24,000 nt of DNA from Tistrella mobilis (GTDB taxonomy: Bacteria; Pseudomonadota; Alphaproteobacteria; Tistrellales; Tistrellaceae). Position 1 is the first letter of the stretch. Every line of letters begins with the position of its first letter. The position numbers were made by a program, and so were the translations under genes. The stretch is taken from positions 2,459,676-2,483,675 of the forward strand of contig NZ_CP121017.1 of NCBI RefSeq assembly GCF_041468085.1. The letters are read 5' to 3'. The notes under the pieces were generated by a model, which saw only the letters and a program-made list of their open reading frames with translations, was not told the DNA's origin and made no database searches. This document shows positions 14,835-24,000 of this stretch, in pieces.

Positions 14835-15956
14835 CTTGCCACCCGCTATCTGTTCAGACAGCTGCTGCTGCCGGCGCTCGCCATCACCGCCGGCCTTGCC
14901 GCCGTGGTCTGGCTGACGCAGTCCGTGCGGTTCCTGGACCTGATCGTCAATCGCGGCCTCTCGGCACTGGTCTTCGTTCAGCTCACCATCCTGCTGCTGC
15001 CCACCTTCCTGACCATCATCATGCCGATCGCATTGTTCTGTGCGGTGGTGACGGTCTATTCCCGGCTGATTTCGGACCGGGAGCTGGTGGTTCTGCGCGC
15101 CGCCGGTCTGGGGCCATGGGCGCTGATCCGGCCGGCGATGATGCTGGCCGGCGTTTTCGCGCTGATTGGCTATCTGCTGTCGCTTTATATCGTCCCGACC
15201 TTCACGCGGGACTTCCGCGAACTGCAGATCTCCATCCGCAGCGATGTGGCCGCCGTGTTGCTCCAGGAAGGGCGGTTCAACTCGCCCGTGCCGGGGCTGA
15301 CGGTCTTTGTGCGCGAGCGTCTGCCTTCAGGGGAACTGGCCGGCATCCTGGTCCAGGATGAGCGCAACAAGGCGATACCTGTAACGATGATGGCGGCAAG
15401 AGGCGGCCTGGTCGCCACCGACACCGGCCAACGGATCGTGCTGGTCGATGGCAACCGGCAGGAGCGCAGCCCCGACGGACGGGTGAGCTTCCTCTATTTC
15501 GACCGCTACACCGTGGATCTGGCGCTGGTTGCGGGCGACGTATCGCCCGGCACGCGGGACAGGCGCGAACGCTATCTGTCGCAGCTTCTGAACCCCGAGG
15601 CCGGCATTTCAGAGAGGTTTCGCGGCGAATTGCGCAGCGAGCTGCATCAGCGTCTGGCCTGGCCGCTCTACAATCTCGCCTTCACCCTGATTGCACTCGG
15701 CCCACTGCTTGCCGGCGAATTCTCCCGCCGCAGTCGCTGGACCAGGGTGGCGGTGGCGGCGGCCGCGATGATCGCCGTGCAACTTGCAGGCATCATGTTG
15801 ACCTCGGCGCTCGTTACGGCGCCCATCGCCGCGGTCCCGCTCTATCTTTCGATTCTCGGCGCCGCAGCCACTGCCCTCTGGCTCATGCTGGGCCGCCGGC
15901 CGCAGCGGATTCCACCCCGAGCCCCCGATAGGGCGACGGAGAAGGCCCAGGCATGA
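14817..15956 (+). CDS. lptF: LPS export ABC transporter permease LptF
   Basis: YjgP/YjgQ-family permease. The N-terminus ...MPLATRYLFRQLL is typical of LptF. It is divergent from pepA-holC, as in E. coli. The start is ambiguous between ATG 14817 (AGGGG 4 nt upstream) and ATG 14829 because of the duplication. Confidence 0.85.
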   Translation: MPGSMPLATRYLFRQLLLPALAITAGLAAVVWLTQSVRFLDLIVNRGLSALVFVQLTILLLPTFLTIIMPIALFCAVVTVYSRLISDRELVVLRAAGLGPWALIRPAMMLAGVFALIGYLLSLYIVPTFTRDFRELQISIRSDVAAVLLQEGRFNSPVPGLTVFVRERLPSGELAGILVQDERNKAIPVTMMAARGGLVATDTGQRIVLVDGNRQERSPDGRVSFLYFDRYTVDLALVAGDVSPGTRDRRERYLSQLLNPEAGISERFRGELRSELHQRLAWPLYNLAFTLIALGPLLAGEFSRRSRWTRVAVAAAAMIAVQLAGIMLTSALVTAPIAAVPLYLSILGAAATALWLMLGRRPQRIPPRAPDRATEKAQA

Positions 15957-17107
15957 CGCAACCCTCATCCAATAGCGGCCGTGTGCGGGCGGGCCGGGCA
16001 CCGTCAACCCCGCGCCGGCATGCGTCGGCCACGCTCAGTCTCTACCTCGCCCGTCATATGTTGAGTTCGGTGGGGTTGGTGCTGGCCGTGGTGATGGGGC
16101 TGGTGCTTGTCGTCGATCTGATCGAACTGCTGCGCCGTGCCGCCGGTGATGATGTGCCGGTCACGACGCTGATCGGCATGGCGATCCTCAAGAACCCGTT
16201 CCAATTGCAGAGGATCGCCCCCTTTGCGGTCCTGATCGGCGGGATGATAACCTTCTCGCGCCTCACCCGCACCAATGAGCTGGTGGTGGCACGGGCGGCG
16301 GGCGTATCCGTCTGGCAGTTCATGGCACCGCCGGTCGGCGTGGCACTGCTGCTGGGCGCGTTCTTGGTTGCCGTCTTCAACCCGCTCGCCGCCATGATGA
16401 CATCCAGGTACGAATCGCTCGACGCCCGCTATATCGGCGGCCGCAGCAGTCTTCTGTCGGTCGGCCCCGGCGGTCTGTGGCTGCGCGAGCGGCTGGACGG
16501 CGCGCCGGTGGTGATCCATGCCACCCGCATGGCCGCGGCGGGCACCGACCTCGGCAATGTCACGATCTTCCGCTACGGGCCGGACGAGACCTTCCGCGAC
16601 CGTATCGATGCTGCGCGCGCGACGCTGGGCAATCAGGTCTGGCATATCGAGAACGCCGTCGTCTCAGCGCCCGACCGGATGCCGGAACGCGCAGAGACCC
16701 TGGAACAGGCGACTCAGATGACGCGCGAGCAGATTCTGGACAGTTTCGCCAATCCTGAGACCATGTCGTTCTGGGCGCTGCCGGGTTTCATCGCGCAGCT
16801 CAGGGATGCAGGCTTTAGTGCGCTGCAGCATCGGCTCTACTGGCACTCCGTCCTCGCCCTGCCATTGCTGATGATGGCCATGGTCATCATCTCCGCAACT
16901 TTCGGCCTGCGCTTCACCCGCAGGGGCGGTGCCGGCATCACCATTGCCGGAGGTGTCTTCACCGGCTTCCTGCTGTATTTCCTTACGGGCGTGGTCTATG
17001 CTCTCGGCCAATCCGGAGGCCTGCCGGTGGTGCTGGCCGCCTGGACTCCGGCCGGCGTTGCGGCGCTGTTCGGCATAGCGACCCTGTTGCATCTGGAGGA
17101 CGGCTAG
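15953..17107 (+). CDS. lptG: LPS export ABC transporter permease LptG
   Basis: YjgP/YjgQ-family permease paralogous to the preceding gene, with an ATGA overlap onto the lptF stop. The conserved LSLYLARHML start region is preceded by a ~25-aa basic extension; GTG 15983 is an alternative start. Confidence 0.85.
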   Translation: MTQPSSNSGRVRAGRAPSTPRRHASATLSLYLARHMLSSVGLVLAVVMGLVLVVDLIELLRRAAGDDVPVTTLIGMAILKNPFQLQRIAPFAVLIGGMITFSRLTRTNELVVARAAGVSVWQFMAPPVGVALLLGAFLVAVFNPLAAMMTSRYESLDARYIGGRSSLLSVGPGGLWLRERLDGAPVVIHATRMAAAGTDLGNVTIFRYGPDETFRDRIDAARATLGNQVWHIENAVVSAPDRMPERAETLEQATQMTREQILDSFANPETMSFWALPGFIAQLRDAGFSALQHRLYWHSVLALPLLMMAMVIISATFGLRFTRRGGAGITIAGGVFTGFLLYFLTGVVYALGQSGGLPVVLAAWTPAGVAALFGIATLLHLEDG

Positions 17108-17109
17108 CC

Positions 17110-19305
17110 TTGGTCGCCGGACCTGCTTCCACCCGCCGCCGCCGCTCCACGCTCGATCGCTTGCGCGCCGATCTCCTGGCCGCAGCCGCCATCGTCGTGT
17201 TGAGCGCCCTGCCTGATCCGGCACGTGCCCAGGCCCTGCCCTCTCTTGCGTCCGACGAGCCGATCCTGCTTCAGGCGGACGAGGTCGAGTATGCGCGCGA
17301 GCTGGAGCTCGTGATCGCACGCGGCAATGTCGAAGTCGCCCAGGGCGACCGGATCGTCAGAGCCGACAGCCTGACCTATAACCGGCGCGACGGCATCGTT
17401 ACCGCACAGGGCAATGTGGCCATGGTCGAGCCCGACGGTTCGGTCATGTTCGCGAGCTACGCCCAGCTGGACGAAGGCTTTGCGAAAGGCATCGCCCGCG
17501 ACCTCAAGGCCCGACTGGCGGACCAGACGCTTCTGGTCGCGGCCGGCAGCACCCGCGAAGGCCGCTTCACACAGATGGACAAAGCGGCCTACACCGCCTG
17601 CGAACTCTGCGAGGACAAGCCTGACCGGCCGGCGCTCTGGCAGATCAAGGCCGATAAGGTCACCCATGACGAGCAGACCCGCGACATCGTCTATCGTGAT
17701 GCGACGCTGGAATTGCTGGGCGTACCGATCGCCTATACGCCCTATTTCAGCCATCCGGATCCCACGGTCGATCGCCGGAGCGGTATGCTGGCGCCAACCT
17801 ATCGCTCCAACAGCACACTCGGCAGCCGGATCGACATCCCTTACCATATTGTGATCGATCCCACGACCGATGCCACGATCACGCCGATGTGGACGACCGA
17901 CCAAGGATCAGGCCTCAGCGCGGAATACCGCCGGGCCCTGGATAACGGCGCCTACTCGCTGGAAGGCATGATCGCGGATGCAACGGATGATGTCGCCCGC
18001 GACAATGTCCGTGGCTATATCGCCGGTCGTGGACGCTTCGACCTGAACGATACCTGGCGCTGGGGATTTGACGGCATCTGGGCCGGGGACGACACGGTGC
18101 TGCGCGTCTACGACATCACCAACCGCGAAACCCTGACCTCGACGCTCTACGCCGAAGAGCTGAACGGCCGGGACTACGCCCAGATTGCCGGCTACTGGTT
18201 CCAGGGGCTCCGCAATACGCAGAGACAATCCGAACTGCCGACGGCCCTGCCGATGGCGCAGTGGAGCCGGCTGGGTGCCCCCGGTACAGCCCCTCTCGGC
18301 GGTCAGTGGCGGATGGAGTCCAGCTTCGCCGGTCTGTCGCGCCAGGATGGGACCGACAGCTACCGCGCCACGGTGGGCGGCGGATGGAATCGCAGCTATA
18401 TCGGCGGCGAAGGTGGCATCTATACGCTGACCGCCAATCTGCGCGGCGACGGCTATGTCGTCGACGATCTGACTGAGGACGGCCGCAGCTTCAATGGCAC
18501 AGCCGGCCGCATTCTGCCAGAGATCGCGCTGGACTGGCGCCTGCCCATGGTTCGCTCCGACGGCGAAACCCGTCAGATGATCGAGCCGATCGTCATGGGT
18601 GTGATCAGCCCCTATGGCGGCAATTCGTGGAAGATCCCGAACGAGGACAGCCGCGATTTCGAGTTCGACGAGACCAACCTGTTCTCCACCCAGCGTTTCT
18701 CGGGCTATGACCGGGTCGAAGGTGGGCCGCGGGTGAGCTACGGGCTGCGGGTCGGCCACTATACCGGGGATGGCGGACAGATTACCGGCCTTGTGGGTCA
18801 GTCTCTCAGGGCCAGAGCCGACGACACCTTCGCGCCCGGCAGCGGACTTGAAGACAAGGTCTCGGATTATGTCGGCCGGGTGGTCGTGACCCCTGGTCCG
18901 AACCTCGATCTCTATTATCGTTTCCGCTTCGACAAGGATACGCTGGAGCCCCGCCGCACCGATCTGGGCGCTGCCTGGATCGTCGATCGGGCAAGCTTCG
19001 ATCTGTCGTACACGCTTCTCAGAGCTGACGAGCGGGAAGTCACCGACGATTACACCGACCGCGAAGAGGTGTATTTCAGCGCCGGCTACGACATCACCGA
19101 TGATTACAAGATCTTCGGCAGCCTGCGCCGCGATCTGGAGAATGACCGCTCGATCAGTCACGGGGCGGGCTTCGCCGTCGATCTAGAAAACTGCCTCTAC
19201 ATCGTTTCCGAAGTCCGGCGCAGCTTCTCGCGCGACCGCGACATCCAGCCGTCGACCGACGTGCTGGTCCGCGTGGTGCTGCGCACCTTGGGCGGAACCT
19301 ACTGA
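17110..19305 (+). CDS. lptD: LPS-assembly outer-membrane protein LptD
   Basis: 731 aa. Signal peptide ...LLAAAAIVVLSALPDPARAQA, an OstA-like N-terminal domain (ILLQADEVEY....VIARGNVEV.QGDRIVRADSLTYN...G.V.A.GNV) and a large beta-barrel region. The TTG start at 17110 has GGAGGA 9 nt upstream and sits 2 nt after the lptG stop. No in-frame ATG exists before the signal peptide. Confidence 0.9.
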   Translation: MVAGPASTRRRRSTLDRLRADLLAAAAIVVLSALPDPARAQALPSLASDEPILLQADEVEYARELELVIARGNVEVAQGDRIVRADSLTYNRRDGIVTAQGNVAMVEPDGSVMFASYAQLDEGFAKGIARDLKARLADQTLLVAAGSTREGRFTQMDKAAYTACELCEDKPDRPALWQIKADKVTHDEQTRDIVYRDATLELLGVPIAYTPYFSHPDPTVDRRSGMLAPTYRSNSTLGSRIDIPYHIVIDPTTDATITPMWTTDQGSGLSAEYRRALDNGAYSLEGMIADATDDVARDNVRGYIAGRGRFDLNDTWRWGFDGIWAGDDTVLRVYDITNRETLTSTLYAEELNGRDYAQIAGYWFQGLRNTQRQSELPTALPMAQWSRLGAPGTAPLGGQWRMESSFAGLSRQDGTDSYRATVGGGWNRSYIGGEGGIYTLTANLRGDGYVVDDLTEDGRSFNGTAGRILPEIALDWRLPMVRSDGETRQMIEPIVMGVISPYGGNSWKIPNEDSRDFEFDETNLFSTQRFSGYDRVEGGPRVSYGLRVGHYTGDGGQITGLVGQSLRARADDTFAPGSGLEDKVSDYVGRVVVTPGPNLDLYYRFRFDKDTLEPRRTDLGAAWIVDRASFDLSYTLLRADEREVTDDYTDREEVYFSAGYDITDDYKIFGSLRRDLENDRSISHGAGFAVDLENCLYIVSEVRRSFSRDRDIQPSTDVLVRVVLRTLGGTY

Positions 19306-19336
19306 CATGCACACGAACGAGCACAGAGGACGTTCG

Positions 19337-20617
19337 ATGAAGCCCTTGCGCATTCTGCTCCTGGCCGCCTTCGCCGGTACCACCGCATTGGGCGGGGTGG
19401 CGGCGACAGGGCCCGGCACGGCGCTCGCGCAGACGGCGGGCCGGGTCGCGGCCGTCGTCAATGACGATATCGTCTCGGTGTTCGATCTGACCGCCCGCAT
19501 GGACATGGTCATCAGGACCTCTCAGCTGCCGGACGATCAGCAGACCCGTCAGCGCCTCGCGCCGCAGATCCTGCGCCAGCTGATCGACGAGCGTCTTCAG
19601 CTTCAGGCGGCACGCCGCCTGGGCCTGAATGTGAGCGCCGACGAGCTGTCGCGCGCCGAGGCGCAGATCGAAACCCGCAACAACTTCGCGCCCGGGACCC
19701 TGGAACAGGGGCTGCGGGCTCAGGGCATCGTGCCCTCGACGGTGATCGACCGTCTGCGGTCGGAGATCGCCTGGGAAAAAGTGGTCGCGCGTGAGGTGCG
19801 GCCGCGGATCGTGGTCGGCGAGGACGAGATCAACGCGGTGCTCGATCGCATCCGCGCCAATGCCGGCCAGACCGAGTATCGCGTGCTCGAAATCGTGCTG
19901 AGCGTGCCCGACCCGCAGCGCGAGGCCGAGGTGCGCCAGAATGCCGAACGGTTGCTTGAACAGCTGAAGGCAGGCGCCCCCTTTACAGCGCTGGCCCGCG
20001 AGTTCTCTGATGGCGTCACCGCCCAGCAGTCTGGCGATGTCGGCTGGGTTCTGCCCGGTCAGCTGGCGCCGGAGATCGACGCCTTCCTTGCCAATGCGCA
20101 GGCCGGCACCGTATCAATGCCGATTCGCACGCCCGAGGGCTATCACATCGTGGCGGTCGCCGACACTCGCAAGGTCACTGGCGGTGATGCATCCCAGATC
20201 GAGATGGCGCTGAAGCAGATCGCACTCGAGACGGGCGATGATCCGGCCGCGCAACGGGCCGCCAGCGAAAGGCTGCAGGCGGCTACGGCCGATCTGTCAT
20301 CCTGCGAGGCCGTTGAGGGGATTGCCACGGAACTGGGCGCCGATCCCACCACCGATCTCGGCCGGCTGAAGGTCGGTGATCTGGCGCCGGCTCTGCGTCA
20401 GGCGGTGATCAATCTTGGTTCGGGTGAAGTCTCGGCGCCGATCACCGGCGGTGGCATGGTGCGCGTGCTGGTGGTCTGCGACCGCAGCGGCGACATCGCC
20501 GGGCTTCCAGACCGGGATACCATTCGCGAGGCGCTGATCCGCCAGCGGCTCGACACGATGGCCCAGCGCCATCTGCACGATCTTCGCCGCCAGGCCTTCA
20601 TTGATGTCCGTGTCTGA
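19337..20617 (+). CDS. surA: Periplasmic chaperone / peptidyl-prolyl isomerase SurA
   Basis: Signal peptide MKPLRILLLAAFAGTTALGG, a SurA N-terminal domain (VAAVVNDDIVSVFDL...) and a parvulin domain (...GDVGWV...G.VS.PIRTPEGYHIV). Positioned between lptD and pdxA. I prefer ATG 19337 (AGAGGA 6 nt upstream) to the track start at 19307. Confidence 0.85.
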   Translation: MKPLRILLLAAFAGTTALGGVAATGPGTALAQTAGRVAAVVNDDIVSVFDLTARMDMVIRTSQLPDDQQTRQRLAPQILRQLIDERLQLQAARRLGLNVSADELSRAEAQIETRNNFAPGTLEQGLRAQGIVPSTVIDRLRSEIAWEKVVAREVRPRIVVGEDEINAVLDRIRANAGQTEYRVLEIVLSVPDPQREAEVRQNAERLLEQLKAGAPFTALAREFSDGVTAQQSGDVGWVLPGQLAPEIDAFLANAQAGTVSMPIRTPEGYHIVAVADTRKVTGGDASQIEMALKQIALETGDDPAAQRAASERLQAATADLSSCEAVEGIATELGADPTTDLGRLKVGDLAPALRQAVINLGSGEVSAPITGGGMVRVLVVCDRSGDIAGLPDRDTIREALIRQRLDTMAQRHLHDLRRQAFIDVRV

Positions 20618-21638
20618 CGACGCAGCACGGCGGCCGCTGGCCGTCACCATGGGAGAGCCCGCAGGCATCGGCGGCGAGCTGACCCTCGCCGCCTGGCTGC
20701 GCAGGGCGGATCTCGGTCTGCCGGTCTTCCTGGCCCTGGACGATCCCGACCGGCTGACCGGGATCGCGCGCCGGTTGGGCTGGCAGGTACCGATCCGCGA
20801 GATCGCGTCGGTTGATGATGCTTCTGACGCGTTCGACGACGCCCTGCCCGTCCTGAAGGTCCGACTGCCGTCACCCGCCATGCCGGGCCGGCCGGACCCT
20901 GCCCATGCAAGTGCGGTGGTCGAAGCGCTCGACCGTGCAGTCGACCTTGCCATGGCAGGTGCGATCGATGGCGTGGTGACCAATCCGATCCAGAAGAAGA
21001 CCCTCTACGACGCCGGATTCCCCTATCCCGGCCATACGGAATACCTCGCCGCCCGCTGCGGCGGCGGCATGCGGCCAGTGATGATGATCGCAAGCCCGGC
21101 CATCCGGGTCGTGCCTGTGACCATCCACGAGGCGCTGGTCAGGGCGGTGGCCCTGCTGACGCCTGAATTGATCGTGGAGACGGCCACCATCACGGCCGAG
21201 GCGCTGCGGCGGGATTTCGGCGTAGCCCGGCCACGGCTGGCGCTTGCCGGGGTGAACCCCCATGCGGGTGAAGACGGCACGCTCGGCCAGGAGGATATCG
21301 AGATCATCGCCCCGGCCATCGACCGGCTGAAAGCCGCCGGCATTGATGCCCGGGGGCCGCTGCCGGCCGATACCCTCTTCCACGAGGAAGCGCGGGCAGG
21401 TTACGACGCCGTGCTCGGCATGTACCACGATCAGGTGCTGATCCCGGCCAAGACTCTGGATTTCCATGGCGGCGTCAATGTGACACTGGGCCTGCCGATC
21501 GTGAGGACATCTCCCGATCACGGCACGGCGCTCGATCTGGCAGGACGCGGCATCGCCCGCGTCGACAGTCTCGCCGCCGCAATCCGCCTGGCCGGCACCA
21601 TGGCCGCCGCCCGGCGCCGTCTTCCCCTTTCTGCCTGA
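20604..21638 (+). CDS. pdxA: 4-hydroxythreonine-4-phosphate dehydrogenase
   Basis: PLAVTMGEPAGIG, YPGHTEYLA, NPHAGE.G..G.E and GLPIVRTSPDHGTA are PdxA hallmarks. The ATG at 20604 overlaps the surA 3' end by 14 nt; the track start at 20601 is a TTG one codon upstream. Confidence 0.9.
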   Translation: MSVSDDAARRPLAVTMGEPAGIGGELTLAAWLRRADLGLPVFLALDDPDRLTGIARRLGWQVPIREIASVDDASDAFDDALPVLKVRLPSPAMPGRPDPAHASAVVEALDRAVDLAMAGAIDGVVTNPIQKKTLYDAGFPYPGHTEYLAARCGGGMRPVMMIASPAIRVVPVTIHEALVRAVALLTPELIVETATITAEALRRDFGVARPRLALAGVNPHAGEDGTLGQEDIEIIAPAIDRLKAAGIDARGPLPADTLFHEEARAGYDAVLGMYHDQVLIPAKTLDFHGGVNVTLGLPIVRTSPDHGTALDLAGRGIARVDSLAAAIRLAGTMAAARRRLPLSA

Positions 21639-21651
21639 ACATCGAGCCCCC

Positions 21652-22560
21652 ATGACCTCCACGCCCCCGGCCGGTACCCCTGCGGTGCACGATACGATAT
21701 CGGCCCTTGATGCCCTGCCTCCTCTCCGGGACGTGATCGCGGCCGCGGGCCTTGATGCACGCAAATCGCTGGGCCAGCATTTCCTTCTCGACCTCAATCT
21801 CACCCGCCGGATCGCGAAGCTCGCGGAAGGTCGGGACGGCGTTGCCGGTCGAACCGTCATCGAGGTCGGCCCCGGGCCGGGTGGGCTGACCCGGGGCCTG
21901 CTTGCCGGCCCCGCCGCACGCGTGATCGCGATCGAGCGCGACAGCCGGGCCGTTCAGGCCCTGCAGCCGCTGATCGATGCCTGTCCGGGCCGGTTCTCGA
22001 TCATCGAGGCGGATGCCCTGACGGTGGATCCGGGGGCTCTGCTCGACGAGATCGGCGATAGCGGGCGCTGCTGGATCGCCTCCAACCTGCCCTACAACAT
22101 CTCCACGCAGCTGACCGTTCAGTGGGCCGAGCGTCCGGAACGCATCGCCGGGATGGTGCTCATGTACCAGAAGGAGGTCGCCGACCGGCTGACCGCACCT
22201 CCGGGCGGCAAGGATTACGGTCGGCTGTCGGTCTTGGCCCAGTGGCGCTTCAGCATCACCAAAGGGTTCGACATCGGCCCGCGCGCCTTCACGCCTCCGC
22301 CCAAAGTGACCTCGACCGTGCTGATCTTCGAGACCCGCCCCGAGCCGCTCGCCCCTGCGGAACTGAAGGCCCTGTCCACCGTCACCGCGGCCGCCTTCGG
22401 GCAGCGTCGCAAGATGCTGCGCCAGAGCCTGAAATCCCTGGGCGACGCAGAAGGTCTTCTCGCCGCCGCCGGTATCGATCCGACCCGACGGGCCGAAACC
22501 GTGCCTGTCGAAGGGTTCTGTGCCCTGGCCCGGGCCCTTACGGCACGCGACAGACTCTGA
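21652..22560 (+). CDS. rsmA: 16S rRNA (adenine1518/1519-N6)-dimethyltransferase
   Basis: KSLGQHFLLD, the SAM-binding VIEVGPGPGGLT and the NLPYNIST motif. Canonical position downstream of pdxA. Confidence 0.9.
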   Translation: MTSTPPAGTPAVHDTISALDALPPLRDVIAAAGLDARKSLGQHFLLDLNLTRRIAKLAEGRDGVAGRTVIEVGPGPGGLTRGLLAGPAARVIAIERDSRAVQALQPLIDACPGRFSIIEADALTVDPGALLDEIGDSGRCWIASNLPYNISTQLTVQWAERPERIAGMVLMYQKEVADRLTAPPGGKDYGRLSVLAQWRFSITKGFDIGPRAFTPPPKVTSTVLIFETRPEPLAPAELKALSTVTAAAFGQRRKMLRQSLKSLGDAEGLLAAAGIDPTRRAETVPVEGFCALARALTARDRL

Positions 22561-22598
22561 CGGCATGATCGATTTGCGCCGTCGGCGACCTTGAACGG

Positions 22599-22628
22599 TT
22601 CGCAGCGGCGCCCGACATTCGCAGCGGC
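22599..22628 (+). repeat. 11-nt direct repeat TTCGCAGCGGC x2 (period 19) over a candidate promoter of the antiporter gene
   Basis: Copies at 22599-22609 and 22618-22628. They overlap the spacer and -10 of a weak candidate promoter: TTGAAC 22591-22596, 17 nt, GACATT 22614-22619. GGAG lies 5 nt before the ATG at 22661. Confidence 0.6.
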
Positions 22629-22660
22629 CAAGATCGGCCTCCCTCTCGACCGGAGACCGC

Positions 22661-23650
22661 ATGACCTATCTACTGCTCGCCGCCGGCCTGGGGCTTCTGT
22701 TCCTGGGCGGTGAACTTCTGGTGCGTGGTGCCGTGGGCACGGCCACCCGCCTCGGTGTTTCTCCGATGGTGATCGGCCTCACGCTGGTCGGCTTCGGCAC
22801 TTCCACACCCGAACTGGTCGCCAGCCTCCAGGCGGCTCTCGCCGGTGCGCCGGGAATTGCCGTCGGCAATATCGTCGGCAGCAACATCGCCAATATCCTG
22901 CTGATTCTCGGCGTCTCGGGCCTGATCCTGCCGGTGATCGTCAATCCGGCGGCCTTTCGCCGCGACGGCACGGCACTCGCCCTTGCCACCATTGCCTTCA
23001 TCGTCGCCTGCCTTGGCGGCGAGCTCGGCCGGATTGCCGGTGTAGTGTTCCTGGTCGGCCTCCTCGGCTACACCCTGTACAGCTACATCTCCGATCGCAG
23101 GACAAATGATGCGGCGGCGCAGATGCATGCCGCTGAAGCCGAGTTTGTGTCCGGGCAGCCTGAGGTAAAGGGCATGAGCCTGCCCAAGGGTCTGCTCATC
23201 ACCGCAACAGGCATTGCGGGCGTGATGCTGGGCGCCGATTTCCTGGTCGGATCGGCCGTGGAGATCGCCCGCGAGTTCGGCATGTCCGAGGCCGTGATCG
23301 GCCTGACCCTGGTCGCCGTCGGGACATCGCTGCCCGAGCTGGTGACCTCGGTGATGGCTGCGATCCGTCGCCACGGGGATGTTGCCTTCGGCAACGTCAT
23401 CGGCAGCAACATCTTCAACATCCTGGGCATCGCAGGCGTAACCGCGCTGGTCAAGCCGATCCCGATTCCGGCCGAGGTGCTGGTACTGGATCTTTGGGCG
23501 ATGGCCGCTGCGACTGCCCTGCTGCTCTTCTTCTCACGGACCGGCTGGCGCATCGGGCGCCGGGAATCCGGCATCTTCCTTGCGGCCTATCTGATTTATC
23601 TGGCGGCCCAGCTTTCACCCGGCATCCGCGGAGCGCTGGGGCTCGCCTGA
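22661..23650 (+). CDS. Ca2+/cation antiporter (CaCA family, YrbG-like sodium/calcium exchanger)
   Basis: 329 aa and ~10 TM. The two internally duplicated alpha-repeat motifs are read directly: GFGTSTPELVAS and AVGTSLPELVTS, each followed by G(N)(I/V)(V/I)GSNI(A/F)NIL. Confidence 0.85.
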   Translation: MTYLLLAAGLGLLFLGGELLVRGAVGTATRLGVSPMVIGLTLVGFGTSTPELVASLQAALAGAPGIAVGNIVGSNIANILLILGVSGLILPVIVNPAAFRRDGTALALATIAFIVACLGGELGRIAGVVFLVGLLGYTLYSYISDRRTNDAAAQMHAAEAEFVSGQPEVKGMSLPKGLLITATGIAGVMLGADFLVGSAVEIAREFGMSEAVIGLTLVAVGTSLPELVTSVMAAIRRHGDVAFGNVIGSNIFNILGIAGVTALVKPIPIPAEVLVLDLWAMAAATALLLFFSRTGWRIGRRESGIFLAAYLIYLAAQLSPGIRGALGLA

Positions 23651-23652
23651 TG

Positions 23653-23669
23653 TCCGGCGGGGCGCCGGA
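23653..23669. terminator. Short GC hairpin between the convergent antiporter and gmk genes (possible terminator, no U-tract)
   Basis: TCCGGCG-ggg-CGCCGGA, a perfect 7-bp stem with a 3-nt loop, in the 27-nt gap between the two stop codons. Confidence 0.3.
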
Positions 23670-23677
23670 TCGCTCGC

Positions 23678-24000
23678 TCAGCGACCGGCCCCCTCACGCA
23701 TCGCATTCACAAAGCCGCTGAGGCCGATCCGCCGCCGGCGACGCAGACGCTCTGCCCGCAGGATCGCCTCCAGATCCGCCAGCGTGCGATCGACATCCTC
23801 GTTCACCAGCACATAGTCGTATTCGGCGTAATGGCTCATTTCATCCGCCGCCTTGGCCATGCGCTTGGCCACCACCTCGGCGCTGTCCTGGGCGCGGGTG
23901 GTCAGCCGGCGCTCCAGCTCTGCGATCGAGGGCGGCAGGATGAAGACGGTCACAAGGTCGTCGCGCGCCCGGTCGGCCAGCTGCTGGGTGCCCTGCCAGT
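23678..24000 (-). CDS. gmk: Guanylate kinase, C-terminal ~107 codons (5' end outside the window)
   Basis: The frame stays open to the window edge. The track's M at 23953 is an internal GTG (Val). My extension reads [65 protein letters not shown]....L..IL.AERL, closely matching my memory of E. coli Gmk (DWQGA.Q....IFILPPS...[26 protein letters not shown]). Confidence 0.9.
   Translation of the reverse strand, partial: WQGTQQLADRARDDLVTVFILPPSIAELERRLTTRAQDSAEVVAKRMAKAADEMSHYAEYDYVLVNEDVDRTLADLEAILRAERLRRRRRIGLSGFVNAMREGAGR

Noticed and set aside
22557-22585. Hairpin CTGACGGC-(13 nt)-GCCGTCGG spanning the rsmA stop codon, considered as a possible terminator.
   Set aside because: It has only 8 bp including a G-U pair, a large loop and no U-tract. 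That is too weak to call; a Rho-dependent or read-through end is equally likely.

Overview
This is a high-G+C chromosome segment (about two-thirds G+C by eye). Gene content and order look alphaproteobacterial, perhaps Rhodospirillales-like, but the taxon cannot be fixed from sequence alone. I can support 21 protein-coding genes, nearly all conserved housekeeping or envelope functions. In order: rnd (3' end) | VOC <- hda <- AI-2E permease <- CDP-alcohol phosphatidyltransferase <- DUF2066-like secreted protein | purM-purN | ndk | YheS-like ABC-F ATPase | usg-like small gene and an orphan PAS histidine kinase | holC <- pepA | lptF-lptG-lptD-surA-pdxA-rsmA | CaCA antiporter | gmk (3' part). I saw no rRNA, tRNA, CRISPR array, transposase, integrase, phage gene or recognisable defence gene. 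Many ORF-track entries are N-terminally over-extended or are antisense shadow ORFs typical of GC-rich DNA; I re-set starts using signal peptides, Shine-Dalgarno motifs, third-position G+C and family N-termini. Verdict: this is an ordinary core region and I do not see a convincing novel multi-gene system. Four things merit a second look. (1) The only non-core stretch (9.55-12.5 kb) holds an AT-shifted 420-nt gap, a self-contained ~50% G+C usg-like gene, and a histidine kinase whose ATP-binding motifs look degenerate. (2) A tightly coupled operon joins hda to a lipid-headgroup transferase, an AI-2E permease and an uncharacterised secreted protein. (3) A 22-codon upstream ORF ends 6 nt before the ABC-F start, which has no Shine-Dalgarno motif. 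(4) A 12-nt tandem duplication duplicates the lptF start codon. All family calls come from motif reading and memory; no searches were run.
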